DNA from: Candidatus Atribacteria bacterium UBA6794
GTDB taxonomy: Bacteria; Atribacterota; Phoenicimicrobiia; Phoenicimicrobiales; Stramentimicrobiaceae
Assembly (NCBI GenBank): GCA_002452835.1
Contig: DKFO01000072.1
Location: 9,902-73,901, forward strand
Reading direction: 5' to 3'
DNA length: 64,000 nucleotides
The position numbers and the translations under genes are program-made. The notes under the pieces were generated by a model that saw only the letters and a program-made list of their open reading frames with translations, searched no databases and was not told the DNA's origin. Positions 40,803 to 49,058 of the stretch are shown here, in pieces (positions within the stretch are counted from its first letter, which is position 1; each line of letters starts with the position of its first letter).

Positions 40803-41852
40803 TTATTTAATTAAAGCTTTCTGTTCCTCAACTGCTTTTTCTACTGTTTCCAGTGCTTCGTTAATTAAATCAATACTAATTACAGTCTGTAACCATTCAA
40901 TAACAGGTCCTTGAGTTGCTTCTTTAAATTGATTCAATTCTTCTTCGGTTGGCGCATAGACTTCACACCCATGATCAAGTACTGTTTGTAATCCTACCAC
41001 ATTGGAATTTAGTAATTGCAGACCGCGACCAACACCTGCTGAAATTCTGGCAGAATCTAAGATAATATACTGTAAATCTTCAGGTAAGCTTTTAAAGAAT
41101 TTGTCATTGATTAAAAACCAGTCTACTCCATAGACATGACCATCAAGAGTGATATATTTCTGGACTTCATAAAGTTTTGCAAAAACGGTAGAAGAAATCG
41201 GATTTTCTTGACCATCTACAACCCCAGTCTGTAAAGCAGTATAGGTTTCAGTCCAGGCAATTGGAGTGGGACTGCCCCCTAATGCCTTTATCATATTTAC
41301 ATAAAGAGGAGTTTCCATTACCCTGATCTTTAAACCTTTCACATCTGCTGGACTCTTAATTGGTCTTACATCATTGGTAAAATGTCTGAACCCGACTTCA
41401 GCAAAGGCTAAATTTCTCATCCCGGTCTTCTCCAGCATCAATTTGGAAAGTTTGTCACCAAATGGGCCATCCAATACTTTCCAGGCTATTGCTTCTGAAG
41501 GGAAGAGATAGGGAATGTCAGTAACCATAGCCTCAGGTAAAAATCCTCCTAATACACCTGAAGCAATACCAGCCTGGACCGTTCCAGCCATAATTGCTTC
41601 TACATATTCACGTTCAGCACCAAGGGCGCCTGCTCCATAGACCTGCACTTCTATTCTTCCACCACTTTTAGCATTTACCATATTGGCAAAAAATACACAC
41701 TGAGCATGCTTCCTGGAAGTTAAAACATCTGTAGCATCAGCATGAGCCAGTTTCAATATGATCGGCTGATCTGCCGCCTGTACTGAAAACACAAAACAAC
41801 TTAGTACCATTAATATAGCTAACATTAATAATACTGATTTTTTACTAAACAT
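40803..41852 (-). CDS. dctP: TRAP transporter substrate-binding protein
   Basis: Signal peptide; GFRHF, GLKIRVM, YTALQTGVVDGQEN; ATG at 41852 follows GGAGGT. Confidence 0.93.
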   Translation of the reverse strand: MFSKKSVLLMLAILMVLSCFVFSVQAADQPIILKLAHADATDVLTSRKHAQCVFFANMVNAKSGGRIEVQVYGAGALGAEREYVEAIMAGTVQAGIASGVLGGFLPEAMVTDIPYLFPSEAIAWKVLDGPFGDKLSKLMLEKTGMRNLAFAEVGFRHFTNDVRPIKSPADVKGLKIRVMETPLYVNMIKALGGSPTPIAWTETYTALQTGVVDGQENPISSTVFAKLYEVQKYITLDGHVYGVDWFLINDKFFKSLPEDLQYIILDSARISAGVGRGLQLLNSNVVGLQTVLDHGCEVYAPTEEELNQFKEATQGPVIEWLQTVISIDLINEALETVEKAVEEQKALIK

Positions 41853-41989
41853 TCTTTTTACCTCCATTTTTTTCTTACTTCTCATTTATTACTTCTTACT
41901 TATTGCTTGTTACTATAATTCTCTTTAATCATCACCCCCTTACCTTCTTTTTAATTGTTCTATTTTTTTATTTTCTAGAGAAAACTTCA

Positions 41990-42958
41990 TCAGCAGGGCC
42001 AGGCAACAGTATAGATATGCTTACCTCCCTCGGAAGGCCCTTTAAGTAGTTTGTCAATTTCCTCTTTATCTCTCTGGGTCATATATTTTGCTTCTGGCAA
42101 TACCCCTGGGGGAAATTTCTCCAGGATATCATTATGCAATTTCACAACATAATCCAGATAGGTTTCAATTGCCTTAAAGGCCTTTTCGGCCTTGGCTAAA
42201 GATGGTTTCCCCAAAACGCCTTCTGGATAAACTACACACTCAATACCACCACCACCGATATGACTCTGACCAGGAATGGGATAACCATAAATATCTCCGC
42301 CTTTATCAATATGTCCTTCTGGTAAAAATCCCCAGGTCTTGGTATCCACTGCATTTTCCATCTGGATAAATTCCGGGAATAAGGCTAAACAGATAGAATT
42401 CTCTGCCTCATCACCATGTCGGAAAGGGGTTTCAAATTCACCACCATGGGCTTTATCTTTTAATCCTTCTCCCATAATTTTGGTCACATCCAAAAATATA
42501 ATAATAGCCGGCACCTGGTACCTCTTCCCCCATTCCTGTATAGCAGAAGGAATGATGTATTCCTGTCCGTGGCTACTCATTATAAGTTGTTTACGAAATC
42601 CAGCATTCCAAAAACCAGATATAATGGCTCTCATATAGGCAGAATTTACTTCATCTGGAATAGGCACCGTGCCTTTCTGTCCTAAATGAGAAAAAGGATG
42701 AGAAGCAAACCAAACTGGTTCGCTAACGGTACAACCGGTCTTCTGGGCAATTAACTCACACATGCGAGTTACAATGAAAGTATCCTCACCATAAGGCTGG
42801 GCATCGCCATGATTTTCGGTAGAACCTAAAGGAATAAGAAGTATATCATTCTTTTTGAGCCTTTCTTCCACATCTTTTTTGGTCATGGTCTGATAATAAA
42901 TCTTATCCGGCCTTTCCATATGACCCTCTTTGGGAGGTAAGTTCCATTTATTACTCAT
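41990..42958 (-). CDS. Creatininase-family amidohydrolase resembling 3-dehydro-scyllo-inosose hydrolase IolN
   Basis: GSTENHG...GEDT, HGQEY, FETPF.HGDE; N-terminal W..PP.EGHM and C-terminal KGP..GGKHIYT match my recollection of the IolN subfamily. Confidence 0.78.
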   Translation of the reverse strand: MSNKWNLPPKEGHMERPDKIYYQTMTKKDVEERLKKNDILLIPLGSTENHGDAQPYGEDTFIVTRMCELIAQKTGCTVSEPVWFASHPFSHLGQKGTVPIPDEVNSAYMRAIISGFWNAGFRKQLIMSSHGQEYIIPSAIQEWGKRYQVPAIIIFLDVTKIMGEGLKDKAHGGEFETPFRHGDEAENSICLALFPEFIQMENAVDTKTWGFLPEGHIDKGGDIYGYPIPGQSHIGGGGIECVVYPEGVLGKPSLAKAEKAFKAIETYLDYVVKLHNDILEKFPPGVLPEAKYMTQRDKEEIDKLLKGPSEGGKHIYTVAWPC

Positions 42959-43042
42959 TATCTCTTTAACTCCTTCTTTTATTTCAATAATATTATTATT
43001 CTATTTTTTATTTTTAATATATATATTTTTATGTTTCATCTT

Positions 43043-43402
43043 TTATTTTCTATGACTTGGTAACTGGGGAGAATAAATCCAGACAAATCGTAATACTTCA
43101 TCCCCGGTATTTAATATTTTGTGTGCTTTGCCAGGAGGATTATAAATAACAGTGCCCGGGTAAAGATCAATCTCTTCATCCTCAGTAACAAATTTCCCCT
43201 GACCGGAAACAAAATACATTACTTCTTCCTGAATATCATGCATGTGCTCGGGAACCATACCACCAGGATAAGTTTCATTTATCCCCATAGCAATGTTTTT
43301 AGAACCAACAGTCTTTTCAGAAACCAATATCCAGGAGGTTCTCGGTGGTTCTCTTCGTTCTCCTTTTACATCTTTTATACGAATAACTTTTACCTCAGAC
43401 AT
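43043..43402 (-). CDS. Cupin domain protein
   Basis: PEHMHDIQEEVMYFVSGQG, PPGKAHKILNTG; ATG at 43402 follows GGAGGG. Confidence 0.9.
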   Translation of the reverse strand: MSEVKVIRIKDVKGERREPPRTSWILVSEKTVGSKNIAMGINETYPGGMVPEHMHDIQEEVMYFVSGQGKFVTEDEEIDLYPGTVIYNPPGKAHKILNTGDEVLRFVWIYSPQLPSHRK

Positions 43403-43426
43403 ATTTCCCTCCCTAAACATCTGAAA

Positions 43427-44173
43427 TTATCTAATTAATATTCCTCCATTTACATCAAGCGAAATACCGGTAATCCAGTCCGATTTGTCAGAAGATAAAA
43501 AGACCGCGGCATCAGCAACATCCTCCGGTAAGCCGTCCTTTAAAATGGCACGGCCAACATTCCAGCTGGCAAAAACCTCTGCCGGATATTGTTTGGTCTG
43601 CTCAGTTAGGATAGGACCGGGACAGATGGAATTTGTATAAATACCACTCGGACCCAGTTCCCGGGCTAAGGTCTGGGTAAGACCAATCACCCCAGCCTTT
43701 GAAGCAGCATAGTTCACACCAACTCCTGGTCGACCGGTTCTACCCCCTAAAGAAGCAATATTTACAATCTTGCCTCTTTTTTGCTTTTCCATATAGGGAA
43801 CCACACATTTGCAGCAGATAAAGGTACCATTCAAATTAACATTTATTACCCGATTAAAATCTTCCAGGGACATTTCTTTAATAGGTTTATGTAAAGAAAT
43901 CCCGGCATTATTCACCAGAATATCAATCTTACCAAACTTCTTATATGCCTCATTCATAGCCTGTTTAATATTCTCTTCATCAGTGACATCAGCTTTAATG
44001 GCCATAACCTTATCTCCGGAGGCATCTAATTCCTGGGCAAGATTACTTATTAAATCATATTGAATATCAAAGAGAGCCAGTAAGGCACCTTCTTGAAAAA
44101 ACTTCTCGGCAATGGCCTTGCCTATCCCTTTCCCGGCACCAGTGACAATTGCTACACAGTCTTTTAGTTGCAT
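43427..44173 (-). CDS. Short-chain dehydrogenase/reductase
   Basis: TGAGKGIG, NNAG, YAASK. Confidence 0.93.
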   Translation of the reverse strand: MQLKDCVAIVTGAGKGIGKAIAEKFFQEGALLALFDIQYDLISNLAQELDASGDKVMAIKADVTDEENIKQAMNEAYKKFGKIDILVNNAGISLHKPIKEMSLEDFNRVINVNLNGTFICCKCVVPYMEKQKRGKIVNIASLGGRTGRPGVGVNYAASKAGVIGLTQTLARELGPSGIYTNSICPGPILTEQTKQYPAEVFASWNVGRAILKDGLPEDVADAAVFLSSDKSDWITGISLDVNGGILIR

Positions 44174-44216
44174 TAATATACTCCCTTCTAATTTAAATTT
44201 TCCTATCTTTATAAAT

Positions 44217-45251
44217 TTATAATCTCTGAGAACTACCTATTTTAGATAAAATATCATTCAACTTTTCCAAAGTTGGTAAAGCAAGTTCGATCCCTTCTTT
44301 TTTTGCCTTTTCTTCTTTCAGAAATTCAATTTCTCCAGGCAAGTAAATTTCGCTAACCCCTTTTACTTTTTTCAATTTTTTAATTGAATCAATATAGCTA
44401 TCGACTTTAGAAGTAAATTCTGCCAGCTTAAGAAAATATTCTATATTAATAGCCACACAAAAGATGCCTACTCCACATGGCCCTTCTAATTTGTGAAAAG
44501 TTTTCACTTCCGGTCCATATTTAGCCCCAGAAAGCATACCAGCTAAAATATCAATAACCATGGCCAGACCAGATCCTTTAGGACCACCAATAGGAAGTAA
44601 GGTGCCCTTTAATGCCTCTTCAGGATCGGTGGTCGGATTCCCTTCCGCATCCAGTGCCCATCCTAAGGGAATAGACTTTTTATTTCGCTGAGCCTGTCTG
44701 ATTTTCCCCCGGGCAACTATACTGGAAGACATATCTAAAATAATTGGCTTTTGTTCTTTAGCAGGAATGGACACCGAAAAGGGATTGGTCCCTATAAAGG
44801 GCTCGCTACTTCCCCAGGGAGCAAGGGCAGGAGCAGCATTGGTGGCAGCCAGGCCTATCATACCATTTTGAGAGGCTATCTCTGTATAATACCCTAAGAA
44901 ACTGATATTATTGGTATTCTGGACAGAGGTGAAGGTAATACCAAATTTCCTTGCCTGCTCAACACTTTTCTCCATAGCCCTTCTTGCCGCTATCTGACCC
45001 AATCCATTCCCTCCATCAAGGATAGTAATGGCATTATTTTCTTTAATCACCTTTACTTTAGTAGGTATATTTAACATACCAGCTTGAATACGATCAAAAA
45101 TGGGAATTAATAAATAGGTTCCGTGAGTAGAAATTCCTCTCATATCTGCCTTTACCAGACAATCAGCAACCAAGGAAGAATCGGCTTCATTTTCTCCATA
45201 AGCCTTTAATATTTCAATTGCAATATCTCTCAGCTTTGCCTCATTAATCAT
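44217..45251 (-). CDS. Ldh_2 family (malate/L-lactate/ureidoglycolate-type) oxidoreductase
   Basis: ADMRGISTHG, DGGNGLGQ, GTNP, DMSSS, GGPKGSGL, LPGE. Confidence 0.9.
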   Translation of the reverse strand: MINEAKLRDIAIEILKAYGENEADSSLVADCLVKADMRGISTHGTYLLIPIFDRIQAGMLNIPTKVKVIKENNAITILDGGNGLGQIAARRAMEKSVEQARKFGITFTSVQNTNNISFLGYYTEIASQNGMIGLAATNAAPALAPWGSSEPFIGTNPFSVSIPAKEQKPIILDMSSSIVARGKIRQAQRNKKSIPLGWALDAEGNPTTDPEEALKGTLLPIGGPKGSGLAMVIDILAGMLSGAKYGPEVKTFHKLEGPCGVGIFCVAINIEYFLKLAEFTSKVDSYIDSIKKLKKVKGVSEIYLPGEIEFLKEEKAKKEGIELALPTLEKLNDILSKIGSSQRL

Positions 45252-45927
45252 CAGTCTTTTCCTCTCTTAAACCTAAGGATTTAAATATCTCATCTAATTT
45301 GTTATATTCTACGCTGCTTATTCCCGATTTAAGTGCCTCTGCCTTAACTTTTTCTTTTTGTATTCGGTCTAGAGATTTAGCTAATACCTCTTCACACTCT
45401 GCATATCTTACCACCACCATACCATCATCATCTCCTAAGATAAGATCACCAGGATAAACAGTGGCACCACCAAAATTAAGAGGGTAATTGATTAATCCCA
45501 GTGTCTTTTTATCCGTTCCTCTAATCGATATTCCTCTACAAAACACTTTAAAACCCTGCTTAATCATGTCTTCCGAATCTCTAACACATCCATCAATAGC
45601 CAGCCCTTCCAAGCCTTTGGTCACCGCCTGGGTGGCCATCAAATCACCCCAATAACCATATTCATATAGATTGCCTACTGCAGCAACAATAACATCTCCC
45701 TGCTGGGAAATTTCTAAGGCCTTATGTAACATAAGATTATCTCCTGGGGCTGATTGAACAGTAAAGGCTGGACCGCATATCTTCATTCCTCTGGCTAATG
45801 GTTTTATCTGGGGGTCTATAAAGCCTTTCTTACCCGAGGCTTCATAGACAGTAGCTACTGAAATATTTCTAAATTTTTCAATTATTTCCTGAGATACCCT
45901 TGGTATACTGTTAATAATATGGATCAT
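45244..45927 (-). CDS. RraA family / 4-hydroxy-4-methyl-2-oxoglutarate aldolase-like protein
   Basis: CGPAFTV, GDNLMLH, WGDLMA, IDGCVRD, PGDLILGDDDG. Confidence 0.9.
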   Translation of the reverse strand: MIHIINSIPRVSQEIIEKFRNISVATVYEASGKKGFIDPQIKPLARGMKICGPAFTVQSAPGDNLMLHKALEISQQGDVIVAAVGNLYEYGYWGDLMATQAVTKGLEGLAIDGCVRDSEDMIKQGFKVFCRGISIRGTDKKTLGLINYPLNFGGATVYPGDLILGDDDGMVVVRYAECEEVLAKSLDRIQKEKVKAEALKSGISSVEYNKLDEIFKSLGLREEKTDD

Positions 45928-45990
45928 TTAATTCCCTTTCTTTTTTCTTATTAGTATAATTATTAACACAGTTCTATTGTATTAGTATTT

Positions 45991-46653
45991 CTAAATAATT
46001 AGACTCTTTTCCAGTTTGCTATTATAGTAACCTTCTTTTATTCTGGCCTCATTATTATCAATATGCTCGATGTATTTTTGAATAGCCATCTCTTTATCGG
46101 GGGCTGCAATATATTTTAATATCTCTTTATGTTCTTCAATGGCACTGATATTCTTTTTTTTGTCCACACTATCTACCGTCTTATAGGAACAATAGTAACT
46201 TCTGTCCATGATATTATTCATCTGATTGGTAAAAATGGAATTATCATAAAGGTTAAAGAAGAGGAGATGGAATTTTTTATCATATTTATGAAAATTTTGG
46301 ATATCTTTATTCTGTAAACATTCAATCATATGGTCATTATATTCTGAAAGTATGTTTACATGTTCCTGAGTTAAGAAAGGAAATACCCTCTCAAATACAT
46401 AACGACCAACTACTCTACGATATTCAAATATCTCTGTGAAATATTTTTCTTTAACTTTAGGCACATAATATCCTATGCCCGGTAATTGTTTAATTAGCCC
46501 TTCCTGACTCAGGCGATTACAGGCTTCTCTGACCGGGCTGTATCCAATATTGATTTCCTTAGATAATCTTCTCACACTGAGATATTCTCCCTCACATGAA
46601 TTAATCTTCTTTTTTATCAGGGAATAAGCCTTATCACTCAAAAGTGTAGTCAT
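45991..46653 (-). CDS. GntR family regulator (FCD domain)
   Basis: wHTH SVRRLSKEINIGYSPVREACNRLSQEGLI; D.KFH and EEH.EI in the C-domain. Confidence 0.9.
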   Translation of the reverse strand: MTTLLSDKAYSLIKKKINSCEGEYLSVRRLSKEINIGYSPVREACNRLSQEGLIKQLPGIGYYVPKVKEKYFTEIFEYRRVVGRYVFERVFPFLTQEHVNILSEYNDHMIECLQNKDIQNFHKYDKKFHLLFFNLYDNSIFTNQMNNIMDRSYYCSYKTVDSVDKKKNISAIEEHKEILKYIAAPDKEMAIQKYIEHIDNNEARIKEGYYNSKLEKSLII

Positions 46654-46692
46654 AAGCTGAAGGCTCCTTTTTATATTAATAACTTTATAAAT

Positions 46693-46721
46693 ATGATATA
46701 TCAGTTTTATATCAATGTCAA
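46693..46721 (-). promoter_or_regulatory. gntR promoter with overlapping palindromic operator
   Basis: Minus strand TTGACA-17 bp-TATCAT; perfect palindrome TGATATATCA at 46694-46703 overlaps the -10. Confidence 0.7.
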
Positions 46722-46876
46722 ATAAAAAAATAATTTTTTAATTTCTGCAGCTATTCTCATTCTGTTAACAAATTAATTAATTCCTGTTACAATTTACGTC
46801 AGTTCAAATTTAGGAATATTTGCTTTACCCTTTTGGTATGGTCATGATAGAATAGAAAAGCTGATGAGGGAAGGAA

Positions 46877-46913
46877 GAGGGGTTTCAGGGGGCGGAGCCC
46901 CTTAATTATCTTG
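46877..46913. repeat. TTCAGGG hairpin repeat in inverted orientation, upstream of a plus-strand gene
   Basis: Reverse complement CAAGATAATTAAGGGGCTCCGCCCCCTGAAACCCCTC matches the 22017 copy. Confidence 0.82.
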
Positions 46914-47018
46914 ATAAATATTTTTGATAAAAATATTTCTGCTACAAAATGCTCTAGATAAAAAGAATAAGTGGCACTAAATGATTAAAAATATATTTCA
47001 GAAAAGGTAACAATTTTA

Positions 47019-47645
47019 ATGAGCAGTGAACGAGGTCAAGAAATAGCCAATAGTATTACTCATGGCATCGGGGCTATATTAAGTATAGTTGGACTTATTA
47101 CCTTACTTTTTATGGCCGTTAATAAGGGAGATATCTGGCATATAGTAAGTTTTACTATTTATGGGGCCACACTTGTTTTTCTTTATCTCTGTTCTACTAT
47201 ATATCACAGTTTATCTGATAGAAGAAAAAAATATATTTTTCAGATTCTTGACCATGTAGCCATCTATCTTCTCATTGCCGGTTCTTATACCCCCTTAACT
47301 CTCTTAACTCTACGAGGACCATGGGGTTGGTCTCTGCTGGCAATAATATGGGGAATGGCTTTCACAGGTATTTTGCTCAAAATCTTCTTTTTTCAAAAGA
47401 CCCAAATAATCTCCATGATCCTTTACATCATCATGGGATGGCTCATCATAGTAGCCATAAAACCTCTGCTGGAGGCCATCACCTCAGGAATGTTGTACTT
47501 AATAGTTGCTGGTGGGCTATGCTACTCTCTGGGGATTATCTTTTTTATAAATCCCAAGATACCGTATAATCATACCATCTGGCATCTCTTTGTCCTGGCA
47601 GGTAGCTTTTGCCACTTTTTAGGATATTATCTTTTTCTTGCTTGA
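47019..47645 (+). CDS. Hemolysin III (PAQR/TrhA) family membrane protein
   Basis: EIANSITHGIG, STIYHS, DHVAIYLLIAGSYTP, HTIWHLFVLAGSFCH. Confidence 0.94.
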   Translation: MSSERGQEIANSITHGIGAILSIVGLITLLFMAVNKGDIWHIVSFTIYGATLVFLYLCSTIYHSLSDRRKKYIFQILDHVAIYLLIAGSYTPLTLLTLRGPWGWSLLAIIWGMAFTGILLKIFFFQKTQIISMILYIIMGWLIIVAIKPLLEAITSGMLYLIVAGGLCYSLGIIFFINPKIPYNHTIWHLFVLAGSFCHFLGYYLFLA

Positions 47646-48005
47646 TCATAAAGAGCGTTAAAGGTATCACTCGCTATTTGGGGGCTTTCTTTGATATGTT
47701 TTCCCTTCTCTATCTCATCCTCTTGTTTATTCATTGATTCAAGCAATCTGGTTTCCATCTCGCCCATAAAAGCAAGATATCCTTTGATGGCTTTTTGCTG
47801 GTGGGTGTCGAACAAACTAAGGGGGAAAAGGATAGCTACAAGTTTCGGATTGCCAAGATACTCCTGATGGCTACTCCATTGGTAATGGAGGGCATCAACT
47901 AAATTGGCACGGAGCGGATTCTGGTGAATATTAGGAACGATTATTCCCCCGAACAATGACCTGATAAAGGGCACCCTCATAATGAATCCTTGGTTTTCTG
48001 GCCAT
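47627..48005 (-). pseudogene. Internally deleted, frameshifted RAYT/IS200-like (Y1) transposase
   Basis: ATG at 48005 gives MARKPRIHYEGALYQVIVRGNNRS*; another frame continues directly as IHQNPLRANLVDALHYQWSSHQEYLG; the HUH middle is missing. Confidence 0.85.
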
Positions 48006-48160
48006 GACTATCACCTGCCCTATTTTTTTCAGTATAGGGTAATATTGTGTATCGGTGAAGTTTGACCCTTTATATTGTATATTGCAACGAGAGGCAAAGC
48101 CCCAGAAAATAGAGGTCTGATGATTGTCAGTAGAACCGTCCCCTTAACAAATTTGACAAT

Positions 48161-48523
48161 TTACAATTGGGAATATTTTTCAAATGCCAGGGTAATTTTA
48201 ATAGCCTCTTCTACTTTTCTTAAATAGCTATTATCTATAGAGCCTATTTTATTTATTATAAGGCTTTTGTCTATAGTTCTGATCTGCTCACATTGTATAG
48301 TACTATCTTTTGTTAAACCACTTTCACCCTTATTAATCCATACATGACTGGGATATTTCTTTTTAAACCGATCTCTACTGGTAATAACAGCTATAATAGT
48401 AGTTGGAGAAGCTGAATTAAGTACATTATTTTGGATAACCAAACAAGGTCTTATCTTACCACTTTCTGAACCTCTTGTCGGGTCCAGATTTACATATACC
48501 ACATCTCCCCTAAATATATCCAT
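48161..48523 (-). CDS. mazF: Type II toxin, PemK/MazF family endoribonuclease
   Basis: RGDVVYVNLDPTRGSESGKIRPCLVIQN, CEQIRTIDK. Confidence 0.94.
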   Translation of the reverse strand: MDIFRGDVVYVNLDPTRGSESGKIRPCLVIQNNVLNSASPTTIIAVITSRDRFKKKYPSHVWINKGESGLTKDSTIQCEQIRTIDKSLIINKIGSIDNSYLRKVEEAIKITLAFEKYSQL

Positions 48524-48529
48524 TTTTTA

Positions 48530-48778
48530 TTATAGATTTTCTCCATCAACATATTTAAAATCATCGCATATTTCCAGATTTAATTTTTCAGTATCTTTGC
48601 CTTGTTCGATTAATTCTTTTTTTAATATTTCCATTTTTACTTTTTCGATATATTCTTTGGTAGCTTCTCGGACAAAATAACTGAAATTAATATTCATTTC
48701 CTGGCTTAATTTTTTAGTTTCTTCTAATAGATTATGTGGAAAACATATATTCTTTCTTATCATATTAATTCCACTCAT
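48530..48778 (-). CDS. Putative ribbon-helix-helix antitoxin
   Basis: Small gene directly upstream of mazF; beta-strand then helices (RKNICFP..LLEE....NFSYFVREA). Confidence 0.8.
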   Translation of the reverse strand: MSGINMIRKNICFPHNLLEETKKLSQEMNINFSYFVREATKEYIEKVKMEILKKELIEQGKDTEKLNLEICDDFKYVDGENL

Positions 48779-48809
48779 TTATACACACCTCCATATGTTA
48801 TTTATATAT

Positions 48810-48837
48810 ATTATATATACATTATATACATTGTCAA
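48810..48837 (-). promoter_or_regulatory. TA promoter with direct repeats between -35 and -10
   Basis: Minus strand TTGACA-ATGTATATA-ATGTATA-TATAAT (16-bp spacer). Confidence 0.6.
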
Positions 48838-49058
48838 TGAGGCTTTTTTATACAGATCTTTTATAAATATTTTTTGAAAAAGTAATCCTCTATAACTTAA
48901 TATAGACCTTAGAACTTTAGAAACCGGTAATAAAGAACCTTAAATATATTAGCAAGGTTAAAAACAAAGCCTTTAAGCGAGAGATATGGAAAGGGGTCAG
49001 TCATTGTGAAGGTTTCTCTTAGTATTGTTTTAATTTTAATTTATTCCTCAATAATTAT

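Noticed and set aside
47627..47980. 117-aa ORF as an intact gene
   Set aside because: Its N-terminus is an out-of-frame reading of the transposase 5' end; treated as a pseudogene
48085..48135. c-di-GMP-I riboswitch (GGCAAAGCC...GGTCTGA)
   Set aside because: Only fragments match; P1/P2 architecture missing
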